From the IMG/VR virus record IMGVR_UViG_3300037323_000213, positions 1 through 58,317 of that record: a DNA stretch of 58,317 nt; one strand, written 5' to 3'. Of the stretch, positions 48,159 through 58,317 are shown piece by piece. The notes under the pieces were generated by a model. It worked only from the letters and a program-made list of their open reading frames with translations, made no database searches and was not told the DNA's origin. The position numbers and the translations under genes were made by a program. Position 1 is the first letter of the stretch. Each line of letters opens with the position of its first letter. The stretch is from a virus (taxonomy: Duplodnaviria > Caudoviricetes).

Positions 48159-48527
48159 ATGAAACCTGTTCACTTCAGAGGGGTCAACTACGACCCCTTG
48201 CTTCTTGTTCAACTGGTGACACGAGGCACGCGCCAGATCGTGCACACCAACAACATCGTGACGCTCATTGCCTCTCGCTCCTGCGCGGTGTGCATCGCGG
48301 TGGTCGTGGACACCAAGTACCACCTCTTGACGGGTTGCTTGGCACCCAACCAGGACTTTCACAACCTAGTCACCATTGGGGAGCACCAGCTCAGGCAAGC
48401 AGAGGCACCCCAGATGCAGTACGGCGAGCGCCGACAAGCCGCTCGCCAGGTGGTTGCCACAGAGCGGGACTTCACCCCGCACCTGAGCAGCCAGCCCAAC
48501 ATGCGCAACGCACCGCGCATTCGCTAG
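48159..48527 (+). CDS. Hypothetical protein
   Basis: AAGG RBS; 122 aa. Confidence 0.5.
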   Translation: MKPVHFRGVNYDPLLLVQLVTRGTRQIVHTNNIVTLIASRSCAVCIAVVVDTKYHLLTGCLAPNQDFHNLVTIGEHQLRQAEAPQMQYGERRQAARQVVATERDFTPHLSSQPNMRNAPRIR

Positions 48528-48643
48528 AACCCTTATTTCACCCGCTGGCTTGGTCGGGACTGCTTGCATGCAAGCAAAATCCAAGCCACCTCAAAAGTTT
48601 AAGCGCTTAAACTTTATCTTGTCATCATCAAAGGAAATTCATC

Positions 48644-49105
48644 ATGGCTACCAAACTCTCAGACACCATCAAGGACCTCTCGACCAAGCTGGCCGAAAAG
48701 TTCACCATCGTCGATGGCAAACTCGTCATTGACCCTGATGCGTACACCCAGACCCTGCCCGAGAACATCTCGGTAGAAACGCTCAAGCAAGTCCACGATC
48801 ACAACAGCAACTTCTACCCCGCCGTAAGCCTGGCAGCAGGCAACGCTGCTCGACAAGCCATGGCGCTGGACAAGACCATTGAGGAGATGCACGTGGAGGT
48901 CCCCATGCTGGGTGGGGATCGGTTCAATTTGACGGCGCACCGCTCGCGCACGTTTCCAATCCCCAAGAGCGACAAAGTCACGCTGCAGTACGGGACCTTG
49001 TCGGCCACGCTGGTGACCCAGTCCGCCCGCGCCAGCCGGGGTGCCATGAACCACGTGCGCGACTACCTGGCCGCAGAAGCCCTGAAGGTCTTGGGCGGCA
49101 AGTAA
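48644..49105 (+). CDS. Conserved jumbo-phage hypothetical protein
   Basis: AAGGA RBS; strongly biased codon usage. Confidence 0.7.
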   Translation: MATKLSDTIKDLSTKLAEKFTIVDGKLVIDPDAYTQTLPENISVETLKQVHDHNSNFYPAVSLAAGNAARQAMALDKTIEEMHVEVPMLGGDRFNLTAHRSRTFPIPKSDKVTLQYGTLSATLVTQSARASRGAMNHVRDYLAAEALKVLGGK

Positions 49106-49120
49106 ACCCTCTAACAAACA

Positions 49121-49188
49121 GCATAAGCCCCCACCCCCTGCTGTCAATGGCAAGGGGTGGGGGCTTATGGCGCAGCTTTCTTTTTTGC
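49121..49188. terminator. Stem-loop between convergent genes
   Basis: CATAAGCCCCCACCCCTTGC / GCAAGGGGTGGGGGCTTATG inverted repeat with a downstream T tract. Confidence 0.7.
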
Positions 49189-50052
49189 TTAAGAGCGCAG
49201 CACCGCAGTGCTGGTCAGCCCGTCGATGTTTTCTTTGTAGCCCGCAATGTCCGCTGCCTTCACGTTGACATCGATGTCGTTCATGTACGCTGGGCGCAGG
49301 TACGGGTTGGCGTTGGTCAAGTTCACCTTGTCCAGCAGCGTTTGGGCAAAGGCGCGCACGCCGTTGCCCGTTTGCGACACGCCGGAGAACTTGATCGACA
49401 GCTCAGAGACCTCGCCCGCAGAGGTGAGGTCGCGCTTACCGATGATGTCTCCCGTGGACATGGGGTACATGTTCGTCGTGAGCCACGCCTTGGACACGAG
49501 GGTGTGGGTGGGGTCCGGCTCAAAGAACAGCATGGTCGCACCATACATGTCCGCCAACAAATCCCCGGGGCGCACCGCGGGCAGCGTGGAGATGCCTGGT
49601 ACTTTGGAGTCCGGGTCCATGATCAGCATCGTGATCCAGTCGTGCAAGAAGCTCTGGATGGGGCGCCCGTACTTGTCGGTAAACGCAAAGGTGGGCTCCG
49701 TCCTCGTGCGCGTCACGTTCGTGGGGTCTTGCTGCATCTCACCGGCACCCGACACCGCGGTCTCTTGTGCGTCTACGGTCAGGCCTGCGTTAAAGCCCTC
49801 GATGTTCTTCGCGTGCACCTCCACCATGGCCTTCAAAGCACCCCGGTAGGCCTGTGGGTCGTCCATGAAATCAAAGCCCCGGGGGGCCTCAATCAGCAAG
49901 CACACCAAGTTGCGGCGCACGTAGTTTTGGTTGCTCACCCACTCGGCCAAATTGGGCGAGTAGGAGTTTTGCCCACCGTAGCGCAGGTCCAGCATGGGCG
50001 AGTGCCCCGTGGCGTAGCCGGTGTTTAAGACGGCTTGATCAAGTCGTGCCAT
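49189..50052 (-). CDS. Tail tube protein (phiKZ gp30-like)
   Basis: About 287 aa, directly downstream of the sheath gene; DKYGRPI, PDP...KAWL..NM.P and KRDLT motifs typical of the phiKZ-type tube. Confidence 0.78.
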   Translation of the reverse strand: MARLDQAVLNTGYATGHSPMLDLRYGGQNSYSPNLAEWVSNQNYVRRNLVCLLIEAPRGFDFMDDPQAYRGALKAMVEVHAKNIEGFNAGLTVDAQETAVSGAGEMQQDPTNVTRTRTEPTFAFTDKYGRPIQSFLHDWITMLIMDPDSKVPGISTLPAVRPGDLLADMYGATMLFFEPDPTHTLVSKAWLTTNMYPMSTGDIIGKRDLTSAGEVSELSIKFSGVSQTGNGVRAFAQTLLDKVNLTNANPYLRPAYMNDIDVNVKAADIAGYKENIDGLTSTAVLRS

Positions 50053-50145
50053 AATGACAAATCTTTCGTTAAATGGAAAATTCAAGCACCCTGGGATGCT
50101 TGTCGCAATTGGAAATCAAAAAAACACTGTGTGCTGCAAGGTGAT

Positions 50146-50197
50146 TGCAGCCCAGTGACCTCAAAGGTCACTGGGCTGCATGCTGCCTTATTTTTTG
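50146..50197. terminator. Intergenic stem-loop between sheath and tube genes
   Basis: TGCAGCCCAGTGACCT / AGGTCACTGGGCTGCA inverted repeat. Confidence 0.55.
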
Positions 50198-50198
50198 C

Positions 50199-52304
50199 TT
50201 AAACGCCTTCAACAAAGTCCGACATGCGGTTCGCCTCAACCCGCAGGGTCATGACGGTACGCATGTTGTTAGCAAATAGGCTCAGAGGAAGTGTCCAAGA
50301 GTAGCCGCGTTGCTCATCGCCATCGGAGATGAACGCGTTGGGCACGACTTTGACCAAGTTGGCAAAGCGCCCAGTCGTCTGGCGCACAACGTCCTTGTTC
50401 ACCCGGTCAATCAGCTGCGCGTTGGTCAGGCCAATCGAGCCGCTAAAATTGCGGTGCGTGCGCTCGCCCACCTTTTGCAGCTCCAAGCACGCCGCCATGG
50501 TAAAGAAGCTGTTCAAGACCGAGGTGTCGTTGTCGTACACCGTTTTGATTGCAGGCAGGTACAGGGTCTTTCTGGTGTAGGCCATTGGGTAGTTCAGTCC
50601 CACCGCCCAGTCCTTGTTGCGCTGCTTGGCTGGTGTGAAGCGGATGTTCACGTTCTTGAACATTGTGATGATGGAGCCGGGAGACTTGTCAAAGAGGGCC
50701 TCGGGCTTCCAAATGCCGTTGCCCCCGCCCATCATTTTGGCTGACATCACGGCCAACTCCAGCGTGAGCGGAAGCGGTCGGGTGTACAAGCTGTCAATGA
50801 GCGTGCCGTGGCGACCCATCACCACGCCACGCATCGTGGCCGTGCCAAAGTAGTCTGACTCGGGGTACATCTGCAAGCGCGTGCGCAGCGCCACCGCAAT
50901 CGAGTGGTCTTGGGCGGCGTCCATGATCTCGCCCCCGACCACAAAGGTCGAGAGCACGACGGCGGTGTCTTTGCGCTCGGCGATGAACTTGCACAGCTCA
51001 AACTTGGTCTCCAGGGGAAACCCCGTGTCGTAGAAGAACGACTCGGGCATGCTCGCTGTGTCCATCAAGTAGCTGTCGGGGTTGGCGTACTCACCGATTG
51101 CGTCTCCCACCAGTTGGGAGAACAAGGCGTCGCTCATCACACCGTCTGCGCCGCCCTTGGCAAAGAGGTTGGTGCTCTCGCTCAGGCGCACCGCATCAAC
51201 GGCCCCGTCATCGAGCAGGTACGTCACGTATTGCGTGCCGTTCGATGAAGTACCACCCAAGAGGTTAAACAAGTACGCCTCATCGTCTGCCCCCGTCCAG
51301 TCACTCCCCTCGTTCATGTGCGGGTACTCGCTTTGGTAGAACATCTCGGTGAGCATGTCCACGTTGGCCTGGTAGATGGTCAGGCCGTTCAGATCCCCAA
51401 ACTTGTCGGTGAACACCGGGCTGTCGGTGGTTTGAAACTTGTTCAAGTAAATGTCACCCAAGGAGAACTGGGCAGTCGTGTTGGGGTCGATTTGACCGGC
51501 CTTGAGCGAGAAGTCAAAGTAGGGCGAGCCGTCCTCGGTGGCCACGACCCGCGCACTCGCCATGGGCGAGGTGCGGCGCACCGCAGACATGCGGTACGGG
51601 TAGACCTTGTTGGTCGCCATGATGGTGCTGTTCACGCCCCCGGTGCTGGTCGTGATCGGTGCCCAGATGCGGTGGCCCGAGTTGTTGAAGTACTCCCCCG
51701 AGGAGTTGGCCCAAAACTGCAGCAGCGGGTAGCGTGTTGACTGGGTGGTGCCGTCCGTTTGATTGCCCGGCGAGGAGGTGGCCACGCCAAAGAGCTGCGC
51801 GCTGGTTTTGCCGTCTCGATTGGTGATGTTACTCGTGACCAGCTTGACCATAAAGCCCGGCACGCTCTCATTGGGCACGGCCAGCAGCGGCAAGCCCGTG
51901 TTGGGGTTGAGCATGACCCGACCCTCTTCGTCTCGCATGTACTGGGGCACCAAGGTGGGCAGCACATCCAAAGACAGCAAGTAGTTTGCGCTGGGCCCTG
52001 CGTCCACGGGGATGACGCGCTCAATCATCTGAGCGTTGCCCTGGGCGTTCAAGAGATTTGACAGCACCGTTTGGTGGTTTGAGAAGCCCTTTCTGAGATC
52101 AAAGGAGTCGTCTCCAAACATTTGGTTTCGGGCGTTTCCCACGACCAGCTGAGGGGTGCTGGGGCCTTTTTGGCAGTACAGATAAACCTTGGGCAGGTGC
52201 GTGGGCAAGACGTCTGCAGGCGCAACAGCGGCACGAATTGACTTGTCTTGCGTGCCCTGCAAGATGGTCATTGGTGCGCCATTGACAATGGTGGTGCTTG
52301 GCAT
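50199..52304 (-). CDS. Contractile tail sheath protein (phiKZ gp29-like)
   Basis: About 701 aa; PTHLP, GGADG, YDTGF and YPES.YFGT motifs; sheath-tube gene order. Confidence 0.82.
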   Translation of the reverse strand: MPSTTIVNGAPMTILQGTQDKSIRAAVAPADVLPTHLPKVYLYCQKGPSTPQLVVGNARNQMFGDDSFDLRKGFSNHQTVLSNLLNAQGNAQMIERVIPVDAGPSANYLLSLDVLPTLVPQYMRDEEGRVMLNPNTGLPLLAVPNESVPGFMVKLVTSNITNRDGKTSAQLFGVATSSPGNQTDGTTQSTRYPLLQFWANSSGEYFNNSGHRIWAPITTSTGGVNSTIMATNKVYPYRMSAVRRTSPMASARVVATEDGSPYFDFSLKAGQIDPNTTAQFSLGDIYLNKFQTTDSPVFTDKFGDLNGLTIYQANVDMLTEMFYQSEYPHMNEGSDWTGADDEAYLFNLLGGTSSNGTQYVTYLLDDGAVDAVRLSESTNLFAKGGADGVMSDALFSQLVGDAIGEYANPDSYLMDTASMPESFFYDTGFPLETKFELCKFIAERKDTAVVLSTFVVGGEIMDAAQDHSIAVALRTRLQMYPESDYFGTATMRGVVMGRHGTLIDSLYTRPLPLTLELAVMSAKMMGGGNGIWKPEALFDKSPGSIITMFKNVNIRFTPAKQRNKDWAVGLNYPMAYTRKTLYLPAIKTVYDNDTSVLNSFFTMAACLELQKVGERTHRNFSGSIGLTNAQLIDRVNKDVVRQTTGRFANLVKVVPNAFISDGDEQRGYSWTLPLSLFANNMRTVMTLRVEANRMSDFVEGV

Positions 52305-52526
52305 GGGTGGGTGGTTCCTATAGAGGGATTGGAAAGACAGGTAAGAGACGAGCGCTGCTGGGTGATGACTTTTGCGCACAGCTCGGGCTGTGCGCAGTGC
52401 ACATAGACGTACTCCTTAGGGGTAAGAGGGGTGCAGCTTTGGTCAGTCCATACAATTGATGAACAATGGATTTGACCATCTGGGTGTATTTGTATTTTTT
52501 AACACGTTTTTTAATTGGACACAATC

Positions 52527-53504
52527 ATGGCAATCTTTCAAACGGCCTACGACACCTCAGCGTGCTCGGGGTTTCCCATTCGCAAAGTGAAAGACAAACT
52601 GGAGGCGGCGCGCTTCATGGGCGCGTTCTCCCCGGACACTCCATTTAGCTTGGACGTGCAGGGCAGCGCCTTAAAGCTGCACCTCTTAAAGGGCGGCAAC
52701 GCCGCTGCCGATGTCGTGCCCTTCTTTAGCCACCCGTGCTTGTTGAAAGCCGAGAGTGGGGCGGCTGAGCAACTGCCTCAGTTTGCCTTGGATGTGCGCA
52801 ACTTTGGCAAGTGGTACGCCCCCAACGAGATGTTTGTCGTGCGCAACCGCCCTGAGTACCTGTGGGGCGTGCGCCGCGCGGTCTTAAACGCGCTGTGGCT
52901 GCACGAGCGCCCGGAGATCTTTCGAGATCTGTCCACCATCCCTGCTGCGGTTTACGCCGCGCTCATCTCTGAGAGCATTGCGAGGCGCTTTGCGCTGGAC
53001 GCCGCTGAGCAAATCACGCTCTCAGTTGTGGCGTGCTATTTTTACCACTGCTTGTTCACAGATGACAAGGAGTTCGATGAGTTTGCGCTCAACAAAGTGG
53101 CGGGCAACATTGCTCGCATCACCCGCGTGCCCGCGGACAAGGTCTTTGAAATCATCGAGGGCATGAAAGTGCTTGGGAGCTTGGACGACCTGTGCACCGC
53201 GTGCAAGGTAAAGACCGCCAGTGTGCGCTTGGAAGAATTCAACGTGGGCATGCTGGTCGCTATTTGCTCGAGTACGTGGTTTGGCACCAACGCGCGCGAG
53301 ACCCTCGTGGTGGGCTTGGAGCACGTGCCGACTTGGCTGTGCATCGTCTCGGCGTCCTTGAACGACGCCACCTTCAAGCGCAGCACGCTGACCAAAATCT
53401 CCATGCGCTACGACAAGGGCGAGGCAGCAGCGAACTTTGAGAAATCCTTGTCGCTCCTGTGGGGTGGCAACAACGCGCTGCACGACGCCCTTGGCCTCAC
53501 GTGA
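52527..53504 (+). CDS. Virion structural protein (phiKZ gp28-like position)
   Basis: Divergent from the sheath gene as in phiKZ-like genomes; 325 aa. Confidence 0.62.
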   Translation: MAIFQTAYDTSACSGFPIRKVKDKLEAARFMGAFSPDTPFSLDVQGSALKLHLLKGGNAAADVVPFFSHPCLLKAESGAAEQLPQFALDVRNFGKWYAPNEMFVVRNRPEYLWGVRRAVLNALWLHERPEIFRDLSTIPAAVYAALISESIARRFALDAAEQITLSVVACYFYHCLFTDDKEFDEFALNKVAGNIARITRVPADKVFEIIEGMKVLGSLDDLCTACKVKTASVRLEEFNVGMLVAICSSTWFGTNARETLVVGLEHVPTWLCIVSASLNDATFKRSTLTKISMRYDKGEAAANFEKSLSLLWGGNNALHDALGLT

Positions 53505-53555
53505 GTTGACTTGACTCTCGCCCCCTATTCATATCAAAAACAGAAAGCGTCTGCC

Positions 53556-56117
53556 ATGGAAGACTACCTGGTTCACCACGCACGCACCCACGTTTGGTGC
53601 ACCCCCGATCAAGACAACCAAGTGATCATCAAGCCCGCTCGCATCACCCCCGTAAACGGGGTGTGGGGCCAACTCACGGTGTTGTGGACCACCGTGCCCC
53701 TACCGGAGCCGCTCACGCGCTTTCACGTGTTCCAAGTGGGCCAGCTAAACCCGGTGCTGCTCAACTTGTTTGACCAAGAGGGCCAATGGGTCACGTTTGC
53801 CGATGCCATGGTTCGGGGCAAGAACATCTGCGACATCTACACGACCCTGGGCGTGCAGATCCCGCGCACGCAGACGTGGTACATGCTGACTGCGGGCATG
53901 AACGTGCTGATTGCGGTGAAGAAGAACACCCGGCTGCCCTACGATTTCAACGACCTCGATTTGTACCTGCGCACCTACAGCAACGAGTACTTTGCCTCCG
54001 AGCGCGCGCAGCTGCTCACCGACTACGTGGACGTGCAAGGCGGCTTGATGCGAAGCGCCTTGGACATCTCGACCCTGCAAAACAAGTACACCCAAGCAAC
54101 TAGGCTGCCTGGGGGCGTGTACGCGTTTGTGAACGGCTACAAGGTGCCTGCCATCAGCATCATCACGGTGAAGGTGGGCGATGTGGCGGAGTACGTCTAC
54201 GACAGCGCCATTGACAAGGTGGTGGATTTCAAGCTCGATCAACTCGACACGTTTGACTCCAGCCTAGACGCCAAGGGCAAGTACTTGCTGCACTACGCGG
54301 GCAGCCAAGACACGGGCATTGACTTCATGGACGACATTGACCTGTTCTTGGTCAACGCGCTGAGTGGGCGCGGCGTGTACGTGCACAAAAACGCCGCCGA
54401 TGCGCTTCGCATGCTAAGCCACCGGGACTACTCGGTCCCGGTGGCTTATTTGGCCGCTTATTTGGTGCATTTTAAAAACAAGGCAGGCGCGGTGGATTTC
54501 TCCAACCTGTACTTGCGCCTGCACGTTCGCAAATCGGGCTACCGGCGCTTGTTGGTGCCAGAGGCCAACCGCATCAACGAGCTGTACAAGCTCTCAGACG
54601 TGGCGCTCACCCAAGCGATGCTGGGCATTGAGTCCAACGTGCCCGTGTGGCGGGCAAACGCGCTGGAGAGCTCGGGCTACGCCCAGCTGATGAACAGCGC
54701 GTTTTTGCAAGTGACCCCAGCGCTGGTCAAGCGCACCTATGGCTACTCAGCCGTGGCCAAGCTCGTGGCAGACACCCCCAGCTCGGGCCAGGTGCTGGGG
54801 GGCAAGCGCGTTGTGAGCGTGCCGTACTTGCTCAGCAGCAACGCCACGGCCTTTGAGTACGACGCCCAAGGCGTGCTGCTGCAGTGGCACCGCCACACGA
54901 GCGGCTTGACCTACGTGTGCAAAAACACGCTTACCGCCTGCGTTGAGATGATTGCAGGCGAGGGCACGCGCGCCCCAGACGCCCAACGCACCCAAGTGGT
55001 GACCCTGGACAGTCAAGCGGACTACAGGTTTTACTCGGCCAACATCCGCTCGGGCTTAGACGCCCCTGTGTGGCAAGACGTGACTGGGAGTGGCGCGTAC
55101 ACAACCACGCCCACGGGGGCGCGCTGGCTGCTCGCAGACGACGCGGAGCACCACTTGGTGCTCTCTGACAAGCGCTTCTTGCTCTACGAGGAGAGCGTGC
55201 CCACCACCGATGGCCTGATGGTGATCAGCCTGACTGCGCTTAGAAGCGTGAACGGCGCGGGTGTGCTGCGCGCGCTTGATGTGCCCTTGGGCGAGCTCGA
55301 TGTGTTCCTAAACGGGCGCAGCTTGATTGAGGGCTTGGACTACACGGTAAAGTTCCCCCACCTGAGCATCGTTAACAAGAAGTACCTGCTCGAGCCCCAA
55401 AGCACGCCCCAAACAGTGGTGATTCGGTTCACGGGGTTTTGCAACGCGCAGCTGATGAGCACCCAGGCCAATGAGTTTGGCTTCATCCAAAACGGCAAAG
55501 CCTCGGTGAACCAGCGCTTTGATGTGCGAGATGCCAAGGTGCTTCGCATCGTGTGCGGTGGGCGCCTAAAGCTGCGCGAGCAGATGGTGTTCTCCGAGGA
55601 CACGCAGGCGTACGACTTCTTAGATGCCAAGAACGGCCAGCCGTATTTGGTGCGAGACATCGTGGTCCCCATGTGGGGGCTCGCTGACACGGACACCTAC
55701 GCCTACCGCGCGCAGTCCTTGCTGGTTGACCAAAGCATCTCAGACTACATGAGCTTGAAGGTACCCGAGCCTGCGGTGGCAACGGTCAACCCAGCGCTGG
55801 AGCGCCACACGCTGTACAGCCCCTTTGTGTGCAAGATACTGCACGACTTGGTCTCTGGGGCGTTGTCGACTGCGCTGGTGCAAGACCACTACAACGACGA
55901 CCTCGTGCGCGCCTTGTGCGCGCCCTACCTGTACTTGCTTGACTACGACCCGATACACGCCGAGCGGGTTCATGATGCAGACCACGTGGAGATCCACCCC
56001 CACCAAAGGCCTGCGGTGATGACGCTCACCCTGCCCGGTTACCGGTTTCTTGGCAAAGTGGTGCGCCTGTACGCCAACGGGCGCCTCGCGCTGTCGCCGT
56101 TTGTCAAACTGGTGTAA
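53556..56117 (+). CDS. Virion structural protein (phiKZ gp27-like, putative baseplate)
   Basis: About 853 aa; VWCTPDQD.Q N-terminus and LNGRSLIEGLDY motif; synteny. Confidence 0.65.
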   Translation: MEDYLVHHARTHVWCTPDQDNQVIIKPARITPVNGVWGQLTVLWTTVPLPEPLTRFHVFQVGQLNPVLLNLFDQEGQWVTFADAMVRGKNICDIYTTLGVQIPRTQTWYMLTAGMNVLIAVKKNTRLPYDFNDLDLYLRTYSNEYFASERAQLLTDYVDVQGGLMRSALDISTLQNKYTQATRLPGGVYAFVNGYKVPAISIITVKVGDVAEYVYDSAIDKVVDFKLDQLDTFDSSLDAKGKYLLHYAGSQDTGIDFMDDIDLFLVNALSGRGVYVHKNAADALRMLSHRDYSVPVAYLAAYLVHFKNKAGAVDFSNLYLRLHVRKSGYRRLLVPEANRINELYKLSDVALTQAMLGIESNVPVWRANALESSGYAQLMNSAFLQVTPALVKRTYGYSAVAKLVADTPSSGQVLGGKRVVSVPYLLSSNATAFEYDAQGVLLQWHRHTSGLTYVCKNTLTACVEMIAGEGTRAPDAQRTQVVTLDSQADYRFYSANIRSGLDAPVWQDVTGSGAYTTTPTGARWLLADDAEHHLVLSDKRFLLYEESVPTTDGLMVISLTALRSVNGAGVLRALDVPLGELDVFLNGRSLIEGLDYTVKFPHLSIVNKKYLLEPQSTPQTVVIRFTGFCNAQLMSTQANEFGFIQNGKASVNQRFDVRDAKVLRIVCGGRLKLREQMVFSEDTQAYDFLDAKNGQPYLVRDIVVPMWGLADTDTYAYRAQSLLVDQSISDYMSLKVPEPAVATVNPALERHTLYSPFVCKILHDLVSGALSTALVQDHYNDDLVRALCAPYLYLLDYDPIHAERVHDADHVEIHPHQRPAVMTLTLPGYRFLGKVVRLYANGRLALSPFVKLV

Positions 56118-56154
56118 CTTTCATCTTTCCCATCTCCAAGGACTTTGTTTTTAT

Positions 56155-57885
56155 ATGCTCAACTCCAACCCCCTCATTGCCTACGTAGTGGGCGTGGACA
56201 ACGTCTCACCCGTCTACAACCCCAGCAGCCGCTGGCAGGTGTGGAACATGAACGAGCTGTACCTGGGCCAAACCGGTGAGGGCAAGTACGTGCCCAAGGT
56301 GGGCGATGAGGTGCACGAGCTCACCGGCTCGACCATCACGCGCTTCATCGTGATGGACATTCACCCCGAGACCCTGATACCGCGCTTTCACCAAGAAAAA
56401 GCCAACCTCGTCACCTCCTCCTTTACTGAGGACGATATTTTGTTCGGTGTGGGCCCAGGCACGCAAAGCGACACGTACCGCGTGTACCTGGACCGCTCTG
56501 TTGCCCCTTACCGCTTGGCCGTGGACGCGCGGCTGAAAGTGGGGGGCTCCATGGTGAGCACCTGCAAGCTGTTCAAGGGCGCTAACGTCTCCGATGACGG
56601 CGTGGTCGTCTCAGGCGTGTACAACCCCAACGGCCAGTTGGTGAGTGAGAACGTGCCACTGGAGCTGGTGGCGTTTGAGACGCTCACCAACCACGCCATC
56701 AAGGTCGTGATGCCGTGCCACACAACAGCAGACCTCTTGAACGGGGAACTCGTCACTGCCGTGTTCTACGACAGCTTGGGCTTCGTCGTGTCCAAGCGCC
56801 AACTCCTCTTGGAGAACACCGCGTTCATCCGCTCAACCGATGCGAGCCGGCGCTACGTCGTGGGCATCACGCTGGAGACACCGTTTTTGAGTGCGGTGGG
56901 TTCGCGCTCTATCCAGTACCCGCTGAACATTCCGCTGAACGCGCTCAACTTGATCGGGGTGGTGAACTACAACGACGGCTCCTCAAACCGCTTGGCAGTG
57001 GATGGGACTCGCTTTTCTGTGGCGGGGCTGGATGCGTACGCCGCCACCATCATTGGGCAAAAGAGCAAACTGGTGCTGAAGTACTCGCTCGGGGTAAATG
57101 AGGTGGCCTACGGCGCTTACGTGGGCTCAGACAAACACATCAGTGAGGTCTATGACATCACAACCACCAACATGAACGGCTCCTACGCCGTGCAGCTCTA
57201 CGGCTACCCGGTGTGGGTGGACATGGTCAGTGGCTACAGGCTGGAGTGGTTCTTGTACAGCTTGGACCGCAACATCGCGTTTAACGTCACCCCGCACGTG
57301 CGCATCAACGCGGCGCGCGGCGTGTACGATGCGAAGGCCTATGGGGTCAAGCAGACCTTGTCGGTCTCGGTGAACTTGAAGGACGTGAACGGCACGTACA
57401 AAAGCTTCATCCACGTGCAGTACGTCGACGTGCTGCTGAACAAGCCCGGCTTGGAGCGCCCTGACTTGGACGGTATCCCCAACTGGAACATGTCGGTGGT
57501 CTCTGGGCAAAGCGTGCCGTACGGCCAAGGGGTCTACGCCACGTACCACCGGCAAACGGCCAACCTGTTTCATGTGAAGCTGGATGCCAACACGAGCGAC
57601 CGGGCCATGTGGCTGGAGAAGGTGTACCTGCCCACAGCGCCTTTGTTTGACAGCTACCGAGAGACCCGGGCTCCCATGCCCACGCACTTCACCTTGGTTG
57701 CAGGTGGGGTGAGCACGACCTACTCGATCAACGACTGGAACGTTGAGCTCACCTTGAACCAGTCGCTGGCCAACAACAGCTCGGTGTACCTGAAGTTCTT
57801 CCAAAGGACGAGTGACACCGACTTGCACTTGAGCATTGCGGGCATGCAGATCTTCCAGATCGATGTGAACGGCAACTTTGTTTGA
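56155..57885 (+). CDS. Virion structural protein (phiKZ gp26-like)
   Basis: About 576 aa; W...E.Y.G..G.GKYVPKVGD motif; synteny. Confidence 0.65.
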   Translation: MLNSNPLIAYVVGVDNVSPVYNPSSRWQVWNMNELYLGQTGEGKYVPKVGDEVHELTGSTITRFIVMDIHPETLIPRFHQEKANLVTSSFTEDDILFGVGPGTQSDTYRVYLDRSVAPYRLAVDARLKVGGSMVSTCKLFKGANVSDDGVVVSGVYNPNGQLVSENVPLELVAFETLTNHAIKVVMPCHTTADLLNGELVTAVFYDSLGFVVSKRQLLLENTAFIRSTDASRRYVVGITLETPFLSAVGSRSIQYPLNIPLNALNLIGVVNYNDGSSNRLAVDGTRFSVAGLDAYAATIIGQKSKLVLKYSLGVNEVAYGAYVGSDKHISEVYDITTTNMNGSYAVQLYGYPVWVDMVSGYRLEWFLYSLDRNIAFNVTPHVRINAARGVYDAKAYGVKQTLSVSVNLKDVNGTYKSFIHVQYVDVLLNKPGLERPDLDGIPNWNMSVVSGQSVPYGQGVYATYHRQTANLFHVKLDANTSDRAMWLEKVYLPTAPLFDSYRETRAPMPTHFTLVAGGVSTTYSINDWNVELTLNQSLANNSSVYLKFFQRTSDTDLHLSIAGMQIFQIDVNGNFV

Positions 57886-57975
57886 GGTGGGGTAGTCCTG
57901 TGCAGTCAGGCGTGGGTTTGAACCCACGCCTGGTGGTGTGGACTTGTTTGATCTTAAACTTTGGAGAAGAAACGT

Positions 57976-58317
57976 ATGTTGGAATTTTTGTTGATGAAAG
58001 GTCGCTCAGCGGCGCTGAGTAATGTCTCGGGATTTGCGCTGTTTGGTGGTGGGCTCACTGGCAGCGCTAACACCGCTGTCACCGACCGCTACACGTACGC
58101 GAGCAACGCGGTGGCAGCGGGCACGGCACTGGGCACGGGACGGTACTATTTGGCTGCCACGGGCAACAGCACGCTCGGGCTGTTTGGTGGCGGGCACACG
58201 GGCAGCGCTAACACCGCTGTCACCGACCGCTACACGTACGCGAGCAACGCGAGAGCAGCGGGCACAGCACTGGGCACGGCACGGAACGCTTTGGCTGCTG
58301 CGGGCAACAGCACACTC
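57976..58317 (+). CDS. Kelch-like beta-propeller repeat protein (5' part; runs off the right edge); paralog of <1..414
   Basis: MLEFLLMKGRSAALSNVSGFALFGGGLTGSANTAVTDRYTYASNAVAAGTALGTGRYYLAATGNSTL...; 141-bp (47-aa) repeats; GGAG RBS. Confidence 0.75.
   Translation, partial: MLEFLLMKGRSAALSNVSGFALFGGGLTGSANTAVTDRYTYASNAVAAGTALGTGRYYLAATGNSTLGLFGGGHTGSANTAVTDRYTYASNARAAGTALGTARNALAAAGNSTL

Noticed and set aside
1-58317. tRNA or rRNA genes, reverse transcriptase, site-specific invertase, nuclear shell protein, tubulin, major capsid protein, terminase
   Set aside because: None was recognisable by eye in this window. The DGR and inversion ideas therefore lack a dedicated enzyme here, and nucleus formation cannot be claimed from this segment.

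Overview
The window looks like a 58 kb segment of a relatively GC-rich phiKZ-related jumbo myophage genome; GC content is judged by eye and all homology calls are from motif recognition and synteny, not database searches. It carries the phiKZ-type core blocks: RNase H, UvsX/RecA, three virion RNA polymerase (vRNAP) subunit genes (gp149-, gp178- and gp180-like), a giant gp181-like tail lysin, a gp175-like head protease, tail sheath and tube, and gp26-28-like virion proteins. An accessory island of short paralogous genes lies at about 38.9-48.6 kb. The main finding is that the two adjacent vRNAP genes are split by four group I introns, all inserted in phase 0 directly after a GAT (Asp) codon. 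Two of these introns are related and flank a 12-nt micro-exon (28611-28622, TTC GAC GGA GAT = F-D-G-D) that supplies most of the catalytic DFDGD motif of the beta'-like subunit. One intron carries an intact NUMOD4-HNH homing endonuclease in its P1 loop and another a decayed one. Both window ends run into inverted, outward-facing paralogs of a Kelch-like tandem-repeat gene whose amino-acid changes cluster at putative binding-face codons.
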